IMG/VR virus record: IMGVR_UViG_3300042484_002041
Span: 103,585-167,584 of that record
From: a virus
Length of the DNA stretch: 64,000 bases
Reading direction: 5' to 3' (one strand)
A program made the translations under genes and the position numbers. Below are positions 1 through 10,051 of this stretch, in pieces (positions within the stretch are counted from its first letter, which is position 1; every line of letters begins with the position of its first letter). Below the pieces are notes generated by a model, which searched no databases, was not told where the DNA came from, and worked only from the letters and a program-made list of their open reading frames with translations.

Positions 1-850
1 ATTTTGATTTTAAATAGCTGCCATTGGTTTGTATGATGTGACGGATGTTGCTTTTTTTCTGTCCGATAATGTAGTCAATCAACTCGACATAAACTTGACT
101 GATAAACAATTCTCCGCCGGCCCATCGAATCTCTACAGGTTGATCTTTAATCTCATCAATAACTAGACGCTTGATCTTTTCAACAATGCCATTGTTAATT
201 TTTCGTATGTACAAGTGTTTGTTGTTGTTGATCAAGGCAGGTCTACAACTGGGACACTTGAAGTTGCAGGTATGATCAAAATCAAATATCAAGTTACTGG
301 GTACTTGTGAAAGCATTATGCTGCGACTGTCGACCGACTCCAGTGGTGCTGTATCGTCAGACGCTGCTACTGCTATTGGGTTAATGCTAAAGAACCTGCA
401 TAGATTATTGTTGCAATACAGATACCTACCGGCTAGTATTTCCTGACGTATGTCTTTGGCAGTCTGAGAATTTAAAATATCATAAATTGAATCAACTGCA
501 TTTATATTGCCGGCGAACTTTGGCAGCCAGGCAGGACTCTGACAGATGAATACGTCCCCGTATGAATTAATGCCCAGGGTTTCCCATGGTGCACGGCAGT
601 GGGCAACGGTAGCAGGTACTTTTTTATTAAAAAACACCTGTCCTTGCATGCGTCTGTTACCGTCGGCAATTTGGTTACCTTTGTTTAGCTGTTGATATTC
701 TTTGTATCTGCTGTCTACCGCAGTGCTAATACGTTGTTGTACAGCAGGATCAGAGGATCCTTTCCCATGTACTACTTCCCAAAATTCCGGCCAGCCTGGC
801 TCGGCTAGGGCTTGATATTCAGCTTCGTTTATGAAGTCATTTAATTTCAT
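1..850 (-). CDS. Radical SAM protein with N-terminal twitch/SPASM-like domain (3' end runs off the window)
   Basis: Not in the ORF track; translated by hand from ATG 850 (ATGA overlap with the upstream gene): MKLNDFINEAEY...HCRAPWETLGINSYGDVFICQSPAWLP...YCNNNLC...FDHTCNFKCPSCR...WAGGELF...QTNG. Contains CxxxCxxC and GGE motifs. Confidence 0.9.
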   Translation of the reverse strand, partial: MKLNDFINEAEYQALAEPGWPEFWEVVHGKGSSDPAVQQRISTAVDSRYKEYQQLNKGNQIADGNRRMQGQVFFNKKVPATVAHCRAPWETLGINSYGDVFICQSPAWLPKFAGNINAVDSIYDILNSQTAKDIRQEILAGRYLYCNNNLCRFFSINPIAVAASDDTAPLESVDSRSIMLSQVPSNLIFDFDHTCNFKCPSCRPALINNNKHLYIRKINNGIVEKIKRLVIDEIKDQPVEIRWAGGELFISQVYVELIDYIIGQKKSNIRHIIQTNGSYLKSK

Positions 851-1548
851 AATGATGTCAAAAAAGACTGTTGGGTGTAATTTATAAAATCAGCATTTTT
901 ATCGGCTAGCCAGACTTTAGCTAATTCAAATTCGTCAGCAAAGGTAAATGGCACGCGCCACTTTTTTATTAAACAAATTGCATGGCACCAGGCCAGCCAG
1001 GGTACATTATTTGATAGGTCTAAGTCTACTAGTGCCCAGGACGTATTCTTAAAATTTTCTATAGCTGCAGAAACAAACACTGTGTTTGGTTGATACTGTA
1101 CATGATGATGATCTAAAAAATTAAACACTTGCTGGGAAAAAAGCTCTTGATTCAGAAACATCTGATCTGCGTCAATAACTTGGTAATCATAATATTCGCG
1201 CTGTATCAACTTGTCTTTGTTCATTCTCCAACAGGCATTATCAGATAACAAAAAAAATACTTCAAGCTCTGATGAACTGTTATGCTGTGGCGTTCTACTA
1301 TACCATTTATAATAGGAGTTTAAGTATGCAATAAATTGGGATTTGATTCCAACAAAAGATCCAGCAATATCAGTATCAGAAAAAACATTAGCATGTCCGA
1401 CACGAAAATTACCGGTCCTTGGGTGTAGATTAAATTCGTTGTGTGGCGGCTGCTGGATTTCAAATTGACCAGTTTCAAGTCCGTAGAACAAATTGGCTAA
1501 CCAATGACCGCCTTGGCCATTGGGGTAAATCACCGCTGGCTTTGTCAT
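847..1548 (-). CDS. Hypothetical protein, possible degenerate sulfotransferase/P-loop fold
   Basis: 233 aa, overlaps both neighbours by 4 nt. N-terminal VIYPNGQGGHWL resembles the sulfotransferase 5'-PSB loop (YPKSGTTWL type). Confidence 0.6.
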   Translation of the reverse strand: MTKPAVIYPNGQGGHWLANLFYGLETGQFEIQQPPHNEFNLHPRTGNFRVGHANVFSDTDIAGSFVGIKSQFIAYLNSYYKWYSRTPQHNSSSELEVFFLLSDNACWRMNKDKLIQREYYDYQVIDADQMFLNQELFSQQVFNFLDHHHVQYQPNTVFVSAAIENFKNTSWALVDLDLSNNVPWLAWCHAICLIKKWRVPFTFADEFELAKVWLADKNADFINYTQQSFLTSL

Positions 1549-2804
1549 TTTAATTCTACTAACTCTGGAATTATATCTAACATATTTTCATTCCTTATGC
1601 TGTCGAGTTCATGTGTTTTGCGCCAGAATGTATCTATTAGATGCGTGTTGTCAGTGGCCATCATGAATGTGATTGCAGATTCAAATCCCTGGGTAGCTCG
1701 TTGCAATGGGTCTTGATCACGTAGCCAAACCAAATGCTCACGATACCGGGACTCAATTCGCTGTTTGTATTCCGTAGTAGCAATATCGATTCGATAGTGT
1801 TCTGGATCCTGTAGAATATTTACATTTAAATCCTGCGCTTTTAATAGACCTTTTGCAACCCAATCACGGTGAAAATCTGGCAAGTGCAAGGCATTCATTA
1901 TGCTTACAGTAGGACTAATATAGAAATCCACCTCAGGGCACATGTTGAGCATGTCTTTGCGATTTTGCTCTACTTGGGCCCACACAGTGCCCTTGCGTAT
2001 ATATTCACCATACCTGTACATGCCGTCTAAGCTGGCACCTACTGACACTGATTTGAACTGTTTCCAGTATTCAAATACTGACTTGCCCTTTAAATCCGTA
2101 TGCGTAAAGTTTGTATTATAAATCAACCGCACATCAAAACGGCCGCGCTTGACAAGTTCATTTAGAATGTTATAGTGCTCTTCCATGAGCAAGGGCTCGC
2201 CTCCGGCAAAGTAAATCTGCTCTACATAGTCCAAGTGCGGTTCTAACTGCGTCCACATGTCTGTGGGCGTACGGCCTGCAATATTCAGCACTGTGTTGTG
2301 TTTTTTCCAGTCTCCTCCAGCAAGCTTGGCTTGATCCTGGTACCACTGACTAGAGAAGATGTGCCCGCAACTACGACAACGCAGGTTACATAGGTTGCTG
2401 AATCGAATATCCCAGTAGGTCAGTTCAAAAGGATTTGATTCCAGTTTTTTGATCTGATGCCCGTGATGTTTATTAGCTGACCGCCGGCCTGAAAAGAAGC
2501 CGGCTGCTTCTTGTTCGTAGCAGCGTGTACAGGCTGAATTCTTGCGCTCGTTTAGCATGTCATCTCGCAGGAGTTGCAGAGGTTCGCCTTGCCAGATTTC
2601 TTCAAGTGTTTGAGTGCGGCAATTGCCCACAACTCCGGGTTTCATCTCAGCATGGCAACAAGGATAAGCTTCGCCAGTGGGATAGGCATGTAAGTGCACC
2701 CAAGGATAGATACAAAAAGTTTTAGATTCTTTGAGTAAGAATTCTTCGCGGCTTGTTAATTCAGTGGGCCGTACTAAATCACTGCTACTATAGTTGTATG
2801 ACAT
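1545..2804 (-). CDS. Twitch-domain radical SAM protein
   Basis: FCIYPWVHL...AYPCC...CTRCY N-terminal Fe-S domain; CNLRCRSC; FAGGEP; YNTN. Confidence 0.93.
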   Translation of the reverse strand: MSYNYSSSDLVRPTELTSREEFLLKESKTFCIYPWVHLHAYPTGEAYPCCHAEMKPGVVGNCRTQTLEEIWQGEPLQLLRDDMLNERKNSACTRCYEQEAAGFFSGRRSANKHHGHQIKKLESNPFELTYWDIRFSNLCNLRCRSCGHIFSSQWYQDQAKLAGGDWKKHNTVLNIAGRTPTDMWTQLEPHLDYVEQIYFAGGEPLLMEEHYNILNELVKRGRFDVRLIYNTNFTHTDLKGKSVFEYWKQFKSVSVGASLDGMYRYGEYIRKGTVWAQVEQNRKDMLNMCPEVDFYISPTVSIMNALHLPDFHRDWVAKGLLKAQDLNVNILQDPEHYRIDIATTEYKQRIESRYREHLVWLRDQDPLQRATQGFESAITFMMATDNTHLIDTFWRKTHELDSIRNENMLDIIPELVELK

Positions 2805-3511
2805 TATGTTCTAGGTTGATAAAGTTTAAGCCAGTGGCTTGATATGACATTTTGCAGATTAGAATTGACATCATGATCAAACACGCCCGGAGACAAAAAT
2901 ACAAATTCTGGAAATTGTATAAGATATTGAGTTATATCACTGTGCAATTGGTTTTCTTCATGGGGATCAGCTCTAAACATAATAAACTGACTGCTAGTGC
3001 TTCTACACTTCCATACTATTTGATTAACCCAGTTAGTAAATAAATCAAAATCATCTACCCACCCCAATTGCAGCACTAGGTTTATATTTCTAGTGTCAAT
3101 GGTCATAACTTTTTGATACAGTTGTTTATTACTTTTTACATTGTACACAGTGTGCAGTCCTGTGGGTTCGAAATGTTTAACAACATAACACCAGGCTTGC
3201 TGCGATTGTATGATCACGGGTTGATAGTTTTTTGCATGGCTGCACAGTGCATAGCTCTGATCATAGGATTCTGAATGTTGGTAAGTATCAATACTTTGAT
3301 CTAATAGTATTATCAAATCAAAACAATGTTCTACTGATCTTACAAAATCCACAGACACTGTTCCAACATCAGTATAATAACATCCATTTTTTATTTCAGT
3401 ATCTTCTGTCAACAGTCCATTCAGAGTAACTGCATACTTCTGTGCAATCAAGGCGCTGCGGTCAGCTGTATCCTCGGTACTGTTACCTATACAAAGAATT
3501 AATGATGCCAT
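2804..3511 (-). CDS. Hypothetical protein
   Basis: 235-aa ORF tightly coupled in the operon; no motif recognised. Confidence 0.65.
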   Translation of the reverse strand: MASLILCIGNSTEDTADRSALIAQKYAVTLNGLLTEDTEIKNGCYYTDVGTVSVDFVRSVEHCFDLIILLDQSIDTYQHSESYDQSYALCSHAKNYQPVIIQSQQAWCYVVKHFEPTGLHTVYNVKSNKQLYQKVMTIDTRNINLVLQLGWVDDFDLFTNWVNQIVWKCRSTSSQFIMFRADPHEENQLHSDITQYLIQFPEFVFLSPGVFDHDVNSNLQNVISSHWLKLYQPRT

Positions 3512-4131
3512 ACAAGATTACTTTCTCGGGCCCACGACTGCCATAACTGTTCAACAAGAGTCATGTCCAGGTGCAGGTTCAACTGTTGATTTAACTTTTC
3601 AATCTCTTGCATATAGCTATCTTGTTTTAAAAAAGTTAAAAATGGAATAGTGCATGATATATCCCTAAACTGATGTTGTAGTTGTCTTAACTGGGCAAGC
3701 TCACTAACAAAATTCAGAGTGTATTTTTTAGTTTCTTGATTATTAGATAAAAATTCCTGCTGTGTAGAGTCAACATCTATAAAAATAACATGCTGATAAA
3801 ATGTATCCCCCCATAGTGCGTTGGATTCCAATAACTGTGCAAATTCCACTGGGTGCCACCAGTCTATCAGCCAAAGATCGCTTTGTTCATAATGAAGAAA
3901 GTCTACTTTTCCTAGTTTATAACTCAAATAATCTTTTGCTTCTTCTTTTTTCCAATTATTAGCGTCCCATACAACATAACGATTGAATTTTTCGTGTGCT
4001 GATAATTTTTTTTTATATTCTTCTAGATCTACACAATTTGTACCAGTGATTGTTTTTTCAGAGAGGGTTAAAGTTTTGTATAACATACTACCGCCAGAAC
4101 CTGGTAAAAATACAATTGTAGCTTTCAACAT
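3499..4131 (-). CDS. Hypothetical protein, possible sulfotransferase-like P-loop fold
   Basis: N-terminal IVFLPGSGGSMLYKTL; coupled in the operon. Confidence 0.6.
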   Translation of the reverse strand: MLKATIVFLPGSGGSMLYKTLTLSEKTITGTNCVDLEEYKKKLSAHEKFNRYVVWDANNWKKEEAKDYLSYKLGKVDFLHYEQSDLWLIDWWHPVEFAQLLESNALWGDTFYQHVIFIDVDSTQQEFLSNNQETKKYTLNFVSELAQLRQLQHQFRDISCTIPFLTFLKQDSYMQEIEKLNQQLNLHLDMTLVEQLWQSWARESNLVWHH

Positions 4132-5468
4132 TATAGTGTGTTATACCAGTCTGCTAGGGCAGGAAACGTGCCGACAAAGTCTTTGCCGCGACGTTGATCG
4201 TATTGTGTGTAAAACTGTTTGAAGTCATTTAATAGTTTGGGACTATCAAACGCTTCACTGTGCGGTGTCTCTACAACCTCTAAGTAATCAATTAGCCGCT
4301 GTACTTGATTGATCTCGTGCTCGTGCAGCCAGGGGTTGCTGCGGTGGCGATACATCCAGTCCTGTAGCCGAACACAGTAACGGTCACGCAGCTCATCACT
4401 TAGTACCAAAGGACTTTGAAAGCTGGGGAAGCGCAGTATGTTCACGCTAAAGTTCACACGGCTGCGTCCGTATATCTGCTTGAACTCTAGTAGCTGGTGC
4501 AACAGGTCTGTAAAGCTGTCCAAGCAAAGTGCATTAATAGTGCACATGACATGCACGGCCTTGACAGTGTTGGACTCTAGTAGGGCACACACATTCTCGC
4601 GCCATTCTTCATAGTCCAGGCCATCACGTATGTACTCGGCCTGCGCGGCCACGGCTTCTATGCTGGTGTACAACTCCACGTGCGGCAAAGGACAAATGGC
4701 TTCGATAAATTCTTTCACCTTGGCCAGCGGGAATCCCAGGTTGCTGTTGATTGCTAGCTTGGTAGTGGACTTGCCTTGATTCTCTTTGAACCATTCAATC
4801 AGCTTCCAGGTGTAGCCAGACATCAGGGGCTCGCCGCCTGTGATCCTTAGTTCTTGTAGGGTGGCGTGTAGGTCTGTTTCCCACCACTTGAAGAACGCAT
4901 CCACATACGGATTGACTTGATTAAACGTGTAAAGTTGAGCGCTATCGTGAGCGTGAGTAAAGTGGTTACGCCCATCAGACACCAGGTCGGTATAAGGGCC
5001 ATGCTTTTTAATGTCATTAACCCATGTACTACTGAAAGCAGGGTTGCAATAACTACAAGCGAACTGACAAGTTCGATCAAACGCAATCTCCAGGGTCTTG
5101 AGGTTAACGTCTTCGGTATATGGGATGGCAGTGGCAGCATGTAGATCCTTAATGGGGTAGATTTTTGATTTGTACACACGGTCGCTGATGGCATCGCGGC
5201 CCATGTCTTCAATCTTCCAGCAGTACTCACACCCGGTGGGGCGCTCTCCTGCTAGCATTTTTTTGCGATCGTCCTTTTTCTGGGGCGTGTTGTGCAAGGC
5301 ACTGGGGCGGGCAGTGACTTCCTCCGGACTCACTCCATGTGCAGGCGGGTGGTGACAGCTGGTTGTTTGGCCGCTGCCTAACCATATGGTGGCATTGTAC
5401 CACTTGGCTGCACAGAAACTGCTACTGATGGGGTCAAGGACTTCTTGACGAAAGGTTAAATCATTCAC
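4131..5468 (-). CDS. Twitch-domain radical SAM protein
   Basis: FCAAKW...SCHHPPAH...CEYCW; CQFACSYC; ITGGEP. Start placed at GTG 5468, overlapping the upstream stop; the ORF track extends to 5534 with a 74-nt overlap. Confidence 0.9.
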   Translation of the reverse strand: MNDLTFRQEVLDPISSSFCAAKWYNATIWLGSGQTTSCHHPPAHGVSPEEVTARPSALHNTPQKKDDRKKMLAGERPTGCEYCWKIEDMGRDAISDRVYKSKIYPIKDLHAATAIPYTEDVNLKTLEIAFDRTCQFACSYCNPAFSSTWVNDIKKHGPYTDLVSDGRNHFTHAHDSAQLYTFNQVNPYVDAFFKWWETDLHATLQELRITGGEPLMSGYTWKLIEWFKENQGKSTTKLAINSNLGFPLAKVKEFIEAICPLPHVELYTSIEAVAAQAEYIRDGLDYEEWRENVCALLESNTVKAVHVMCTINALCLDSFTDLLHQLLEFKQIYGRSRVNFSVNILRFPSFQSPLVLSDELRDRYCVRLQDWMYRHRSNPWLHEHEINQVQRLIDYLEVVETPHSEAFDSPKLLNDFKQFYTQYDQRRGKDFVGTFPALADWYNTL

Positions 5469-6597
5469 GATGTTGGTTGATAAAGTTGAAAAACTTAGTA
5501 GGGAATTCAGATCGAATTCCTGGCACCATTTCAATCAAGTGCTGCTGGTTGTATTTACAAACTTCCCGTGCAGCAGCTAAGAAACTAGACAAGCTATTAT
5601 TACATAAATCTCCCACAATGTCAATGATTCTATCCATACGGTCCTGATGATTAGCTATACTATCAAAGCTTTCATCAATCAAATGGCCAAATGTTTTAAA
5701 CCCTAGGTTTCGAATATCACGATAAAATCCCGGGCTAGTGGCACAGATCCAAGGGTGACCCATGACCAACTCCTTGGCTATCTTCTCTGTGCGAAAGCTG
5801 TAAGGATAATCAAACACTGTTTCTGTTACCAAACTAAAGTATGTGTCACGGTATACTTCAGGAACAAGATAAATCTCGCCCCAAAGTCCATTAAATAGTG
5901 CATTCTTAACAAATGGCTGTTCTGAATTAGGCTGAATCTTGTTACCTCGGAATTGGGCAACTTCATACTCAGTCGGCAGGCATTGTATAGGTGTAGAAGT
6001 AGTCATTAGATCAATGCCAGACTGGGTCAATCTAAAATGTCGACTGGCTGTAGGTCTGCTATCTAGTATAGTCCATAAGCTGCGATCTAGTAATCCCCGG
6101 CGGTTAAGCTGTTCCCAGATGTATTTTCTATGAGGTCTGGCTCGGCCATTTAAGAAAAGGAAATCATAAGGCTTGTCCACGTGAGTGTAGATTTCCTCAC
6201 TGCGTTTCATTGCTGCCACATTCTCGTCGTAGTCTAGGATCTTTTCTAAAAAATGATCATGCAGTATATAAGGATACTTAGAGTCTAAGTCGCTGCCGCT
6301 GATCAGTAGTACCTTATGGTCAAGTATGAGCTGTTCTAATCCGATTCCTCGCAGCTGACTAACTAGCGGTTCTGAGCCTTCGGCAGAGTTACCAAATATC
6401 ATTATGTACTGCGGGTCCTGGGCCATTGCACAGAACTTTTCTCGATTGTCTAAGTACTGCCGTCGGCCTAGTACGTAGATGGAATCGGGGACCGGAGTAT
6501 GGCTAGCAAAGTCCCAAAACTCGTGTGTGCGCCAGGGCAGTAAAATATTGTAGACTTCACTGAATGTGTCGATTACTAAGTTACGTCTGTTGAGCAT
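5461..6597 (-). CDS. Putative GT-B glycosyltransferase (GT10/fucosyltransferase-like)
   Basis: FLFLNGRARPHR and FSLVTET...FRTEKIAKELVMGHPWI...GFKTF...DESFD, similar to the alpha-1,3-fucosyltransferase F-x-L-x-x-E-N...TEK...P motif. Confidence 0.65.
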   Translation of the reverse strand: MLNRRNLVIDTFSEVYNILLPWRTHEFWDFASHTPVPDSIYVLGRRQYLDNREKFCAMAQDPQYIMIFGNSAEGSEPLVSQLRGIGLEQLILDHKVLLISGSDLDSKYPYILHDHFLEKILDYDENVAAMKRSEEIYTHVDKPYDFLFLNGRARPHRKYIWEQLNRRGLLDRSLWTILDSRPTASRHFRLTQSGIDLMTTSTPIQCLPTEYEVAQFRGNKIQPNSEQPFVKNALFNGLWGEIYLVPEVYRDTYFSLVTETVFDYPYSFRTEKIAKELVMGHPWICATSPGFYRDIRNLGFKTFGHLIDESFDSIANHQDRMDRIIDIVGDLCNNSLSSFLAAAREVCKYNQQHLIEMVPGIRSEFPTKFFNFINQHRE

Positions 6598-7318
6598 GGC
6601 GTTCTACTATCCCTAGAATTCTTTTAGCTAGCAACTGAAAACAATGCCTGGCTGGATGACAGTTGTCAGGAAAGTTTGCGCTGCGTTTGGCAAAGTCTTC
6701 GATTCGTATCTGTTGATCCAGTTGGTCCAAGTGATCAATAATGTATTGTCTTTGACTCAGTTGGTAGTGATCTAAGATACGCTGTATTTTTTCAAAAGAA
6801 AAAAATGTATTAATTGGAGTGTTAATTCCTCCCAGTAGCTCACTGAGCCAATTTGGGATTACATGCCTGGCAAAGGAAAAATTTACAATACTGGATCCAA
6901 CTGGACTTTGCCCGCCAACTACAACAAACGGAATGTTGTATTCTTCACTAATCATCTGTGCGTATTTGTAGTTTTGATGATTAATATATGCTAAACTAGA
7001 ATCAAACTTAGTTATATCAAACTCAGGAAACTGTATGGCTGCTTCCTCAGGATCATCGATGATGATTTCTTGAATGTCTCTAAAGGATTCTGTATGGAAC
7101 CAGACAGCATAATCGTACTGATGATCTTGTTTTAGTGTCCAATACGCATGTCTTAATTGCCCAAAGTTTCCGGCGCTGCCAGCTGATATGTTGGTGACAC
7201 TGTGCCCAAACTCTCTGAGATAATGATCTAGGCCTGTGCCGGGAACAGGCTCAAAGAAATGAGTCTTGTTGGTCCATTCTCCCACACCCCAGCTGTCACC
7301 TAATATAAAAAATCGCAT
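6581..7318 (-). CDS. SGNH/GDSL-like hydrolase or acyltransferase
   Basis: FILGDSW block I; SAGSAGN; C-terminal DNCHP (D-x-x-H-P). Confidence 0.75.
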   Translation of the reverse strand: MRFFILGDSWGVGEWTNKTHFFEPVPGTGLDHYLREFGHSVTNISAGSAGNFGQLRHAYWTLKQDHQYDYAVWFHTESFRDIQEIIIDDPEEAAIQFPEFDITKFDSSLAYINHQNYKYAQMISEEYNIPFVVVGGQSPVGSSIVNFSFARHVIPNWLSELLGGINTPINTFFSFEKIQRILDHYQLSQRQYIIDHLDQLDQQIRIEDFAKRSANFPDNCHPARHCFQLLAKRILGIVERHAQQT

Positions 7319-7320
7319 TA

Positions 7321-8391
7321 CTACCCAAATACATTATTAATTTTATATTGTTGCTCTTGCGCAAATTCCCAAAACCGTTGTTCGTTGTGCTTGAGGTCTG
7401 GCAACATATCGGTATACATCTGTTTGATTTGCTGTTTGGAAAGCCTGGTTAAAAACTTTATCACAGATACGATTGAATCGTGTATTTGGTGTTCTGGAAT
7501 ATCCTCTAGTTCGATACCATCAAACCAGTGCGTAAATGTTCGGAATCCATTGTCTCTTAGATACCGATAAATCTTTGTTTGGCCGTTTAGTATAAAAGGT
7601 CTCAATCCTAGTATGGGCTTCCATGTTTTCTCAGTGACAAACATATTGTCCCAGGGAAAGAATTCAGATTCGCAGACTATATTTAAAAAATGTGTTTGCC
7701 AGATATCCAGACGCCCTAGACTCAGTAAGTCGTACGGGATCCCTCCAAAATTGTTATGCACCAGGAATCTATTATTATAACTGTAGTCCTGGGCATTTTC
7801 TTCTACTGTCAAATACAAGTCTGTTTTTAGTCCCTGGCTAACATCGTAATCAACATCATTCTTGCCCAGGGTTACAATGCCAAACTGTTCTAGCTTATTA
7901 GAGTATATTTTTTCAACCAACTCAATTCGGTGCGGCTTTGGTTTTCTATTATAGCAAAGGTAGTAGTTATCTACTTCAGTAAGTAGGATCTGATCCTGGC
8001 TGTATCTGATAAAATCTTCTGCCGTTATAGTCGATGAAAAATTAAATGCAAACTCCGACTGCTCAAAGCCCCCAATATAATAGGCTTGTTTTACTTGTAG
8101 ATTCTTTTCAATCTCTGTTATTTGAGCAGGCAGTAGGAATATTGGTTCAGTAGATGCCATCCAAAATAAATTATCAAATTGTACTTTATCTTTGATCAAT
8201 TTGATAACATTATTGTATATACTGTTGTTATTTCCAAACTGTGGCCCGAACCAGGTCAGGTTGATCAGTAGGTTCGATTCGTCTTTGAATCTAGAACTAA
8301 TTTGATCTTGTATATTTTTAACTAACATGTGTTCTTGCGGTCCCCATTGCTCTTGTGGAGAAACCGCAGTGCCTATATAAGTTACAGTCAT
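7321..8391 (-). CDS. Putative GT-B glycosyltransferase (GT10-like), paralog of 5461-6597
   Basis: YLCYNRKPKPHR; FLNIVCES...FVTEKTWKPILGLRPFILNG...GFRTF. Confidence 0.65.
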   Translation of the reverse strand: MTVTYIGTAVSPQEQWGPQEHMLVKNIQDQISSRFKDESNLLINLTWFGPQFGNNNSIYNNVIKLIKDKVQFDNLFWMASTEPIFLLPAQITEIEKNLQVKQAYYIGGFEQSEFAFNFSSTITAEDFIRYSQDQILLTEVDNYYLCYNRKPKPHRIELVEKIYSNKLEQFGIVTLGKNDVDYDVSQGLKTDLYLTVEENAQDYSYNNRFLVHNNFGGIPYDLLSLGRLDIWQTHFLNIVCESEFFPWDNMFVTEKTWKPILGLRPFILNGQTKIYRYLRDNGFRTFTHWFDGIELEDIPEHQIHDSIVSVIKFLTRLSKQQIKQMYTDMLPDLKHNEQRFWEFAQEQQYKINNVFG

Positions 8392-9179
8392 TGTCGCATG
8401 CCTTGAAAAACTGTTGTTTTAATTTTTTGGTTATCGTTGTCGATTGCTCGGAGCAACTCAAAGTCCAGTTTGTTTTCTTTAAGATAGTTAATTAACACTT
8501 TTACATCCTTGGGCAAACACATCCCTCCATAACCACGTAGAGTTTCGCTGCAATCCATATAGTTGTCAGACGCAACGTCCCTAAGTAGGTATGCTTCTTT
8601 TATTAGATTGTAGTTAGCATTGGCAGCCTGACATACCTCATACATAACATTTGAAAATGCTACTCTGACAGCATTGAACACATTATTATAATATTTCAAT
8701 ATTTCAGCTTCGGTAGGGGAGAGTTTTTTGATATTGTCCGGGAGGGTTCCGTGACTTTCTACAACCAACTGATATGCTCGATCGCTTGCTGTTCCAATGG
8801 CCAATAACTTGTGGTTTGTAACGAAGTCTTCAACTGCACATCTTTCACGCAAAAACTCCGGCACAAAACATATATCTAACGTTGTTTGTTTGCTTAACAT
8901 TTCGGTAGTGCCTGGCGTCACAGTGCTTTTTATAGCAACTACACCTGTGTATTGATAGTCATTTAATAAATTAACAACATCAATGACATTAGACTGGTCA
9001 ATTGCTCCATCATTCGATAACGATGTTGATACACATATATAAACAATATCTGTATCAAGTACATCATTGATGGTAGTGCGTAATGCTAAATCGTGTATGC
9101 TTACTTGATGTTTCTGTAATAAAAATCCTTGTCTACATGCTTCGCCAACTACACCGACTCCAACGATTCCGACTTTCAC
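8388..9179 (-). CDS. ugd: UDP-glucose/GDP-mannose dehydrogenase family protein (short form)
   Basis: GVGVVG Rossmann motif; IKSTVTPG; PEFLRE; AEILKYYNN; catalytic GYGGMCLPKD. 263 aa, apparently lacking the C-terminal domain. Confidence 0.88.
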   Translation of the reverse strand: MKVGIVGVGVVGEACRQGFLLQKHQVSIHDLALRTTINDVLDTDIVYICVSTSLSNDGAIDQSNVIDVVNLLNDYQYTGVVAIKSTVTPGTTEMLSKQTTLDICFVPEFLRERCAVEDFVTNHKLLAIGTASDRAYQLVVESHGTLPDNIKKLSPTEAEILKYYNNVFNAVRVAFSNVMYEVCQAANANYNLIKEAYLLRDVASDNYMDCSETLRGYGGMCLPKDVKVLINYLKENKLDFELLRAIDNDNQKIKTTVFQGMRQ

Positions 9180-10051
9180 GGCAATGACTCCAGGGTTAAT
9201 TTAATCCCTGTATTTAAGTTAACATTTTGCGTATACTCTATTTTTGATTTTAACAAGGATATATCTGGACATCGTCTGCTAACAGAACCTAGCGGTGCCG
9301 GATGTAACACCAGCCGGCCACTGACATTAAGATATGTTTTAATTAGATTTGCTACTGCCAGGATTGATATTTCTTCGTCAGAGCCAACATTGATTGGACC
9401 ATTGATCGGAGCGTCTAGTAACTTGATAGTTGCATCAATTGCATCAGTAATATAAAAAAACGATCTAGTGTTACTGTGTCCATGTAAATCTGTGTTACCC
9501 TGGCGCAATCTATTAGCAAACTCTGGAATAAAATGATCCACTTGCCCGGGACCATAAATGTTATGATATCTAATTATTGTAAAGGGTTGGCCGAACTGTT
9601 GATGGGCAGCAGCACACAACAGCTCAGATGCAATTTTAGATCCTCCATAACTCCACCGTGGATTTAATATGTCATTGACTGTCAGTGGCACTTGTTCATC
9701 AGTCGGTACCAAATATCCAAATGTATCAACACTGCCAGCATAAGATTCACAAGTACCGGTGAAGATAAAATGGTTACACTGATTCAGATACCGGTCCAGT
9801 AAGTACTGTGTCGGTAAAATATTGTTTGTAGCAACGTCCCAGGGGTTGGTATAAAAATACTTTGTACCATTGAACGCTGCGGCGTGAAATACGATATCAA
9901 CATCGGGTAGATTTTTAACAGTGGTTTGATCACATAAATCAATGCCAATTTTCTTATCAGCGCAATACACTGTATATCCATTCTTTTCAAGTGCTGTTAC
10001 CAAATAAGAACCAATAAATCCGCTGCTGCCCGTGACTAGTATTTTTTTCAC
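9176..10051 (-). CDS. NAD-dependent nucleotide-sugar epimerase/dehydratase/decarboxylase (extended SDR)
   Basis: ILVTGSSGFIG; FHAAA; PRWSYGGSK (YxxxK); RYHNIYGP; RSFFYITD. Confidence 0.92.
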   Translation of the reverse strand: MKKILVTGSSGFIGSYLVTALEKNGYTVYCADKKIGIDLCDQTTVKNLPDVDIVFHAAAFNGTKYFYTNPWDVATNNILPTQYLLDRYLNQCNHFIFTGTCESYAGSVDTFGYLVPTDEQVPLTVNDILNPRWSYGGSKIASELLCAAAHQQFGQPFTIIRYHNIYGPGQVDHFIPEFANRLRQGNTDLHGHSNTRSFFYITDAIDATIKLLDAPINGPINVGSDEEISILAVANLIKTYLNVSGRLVLHPAPLGSVSRRCPDISLLKSKIEYTQNVNLNTGIKLTLESLP

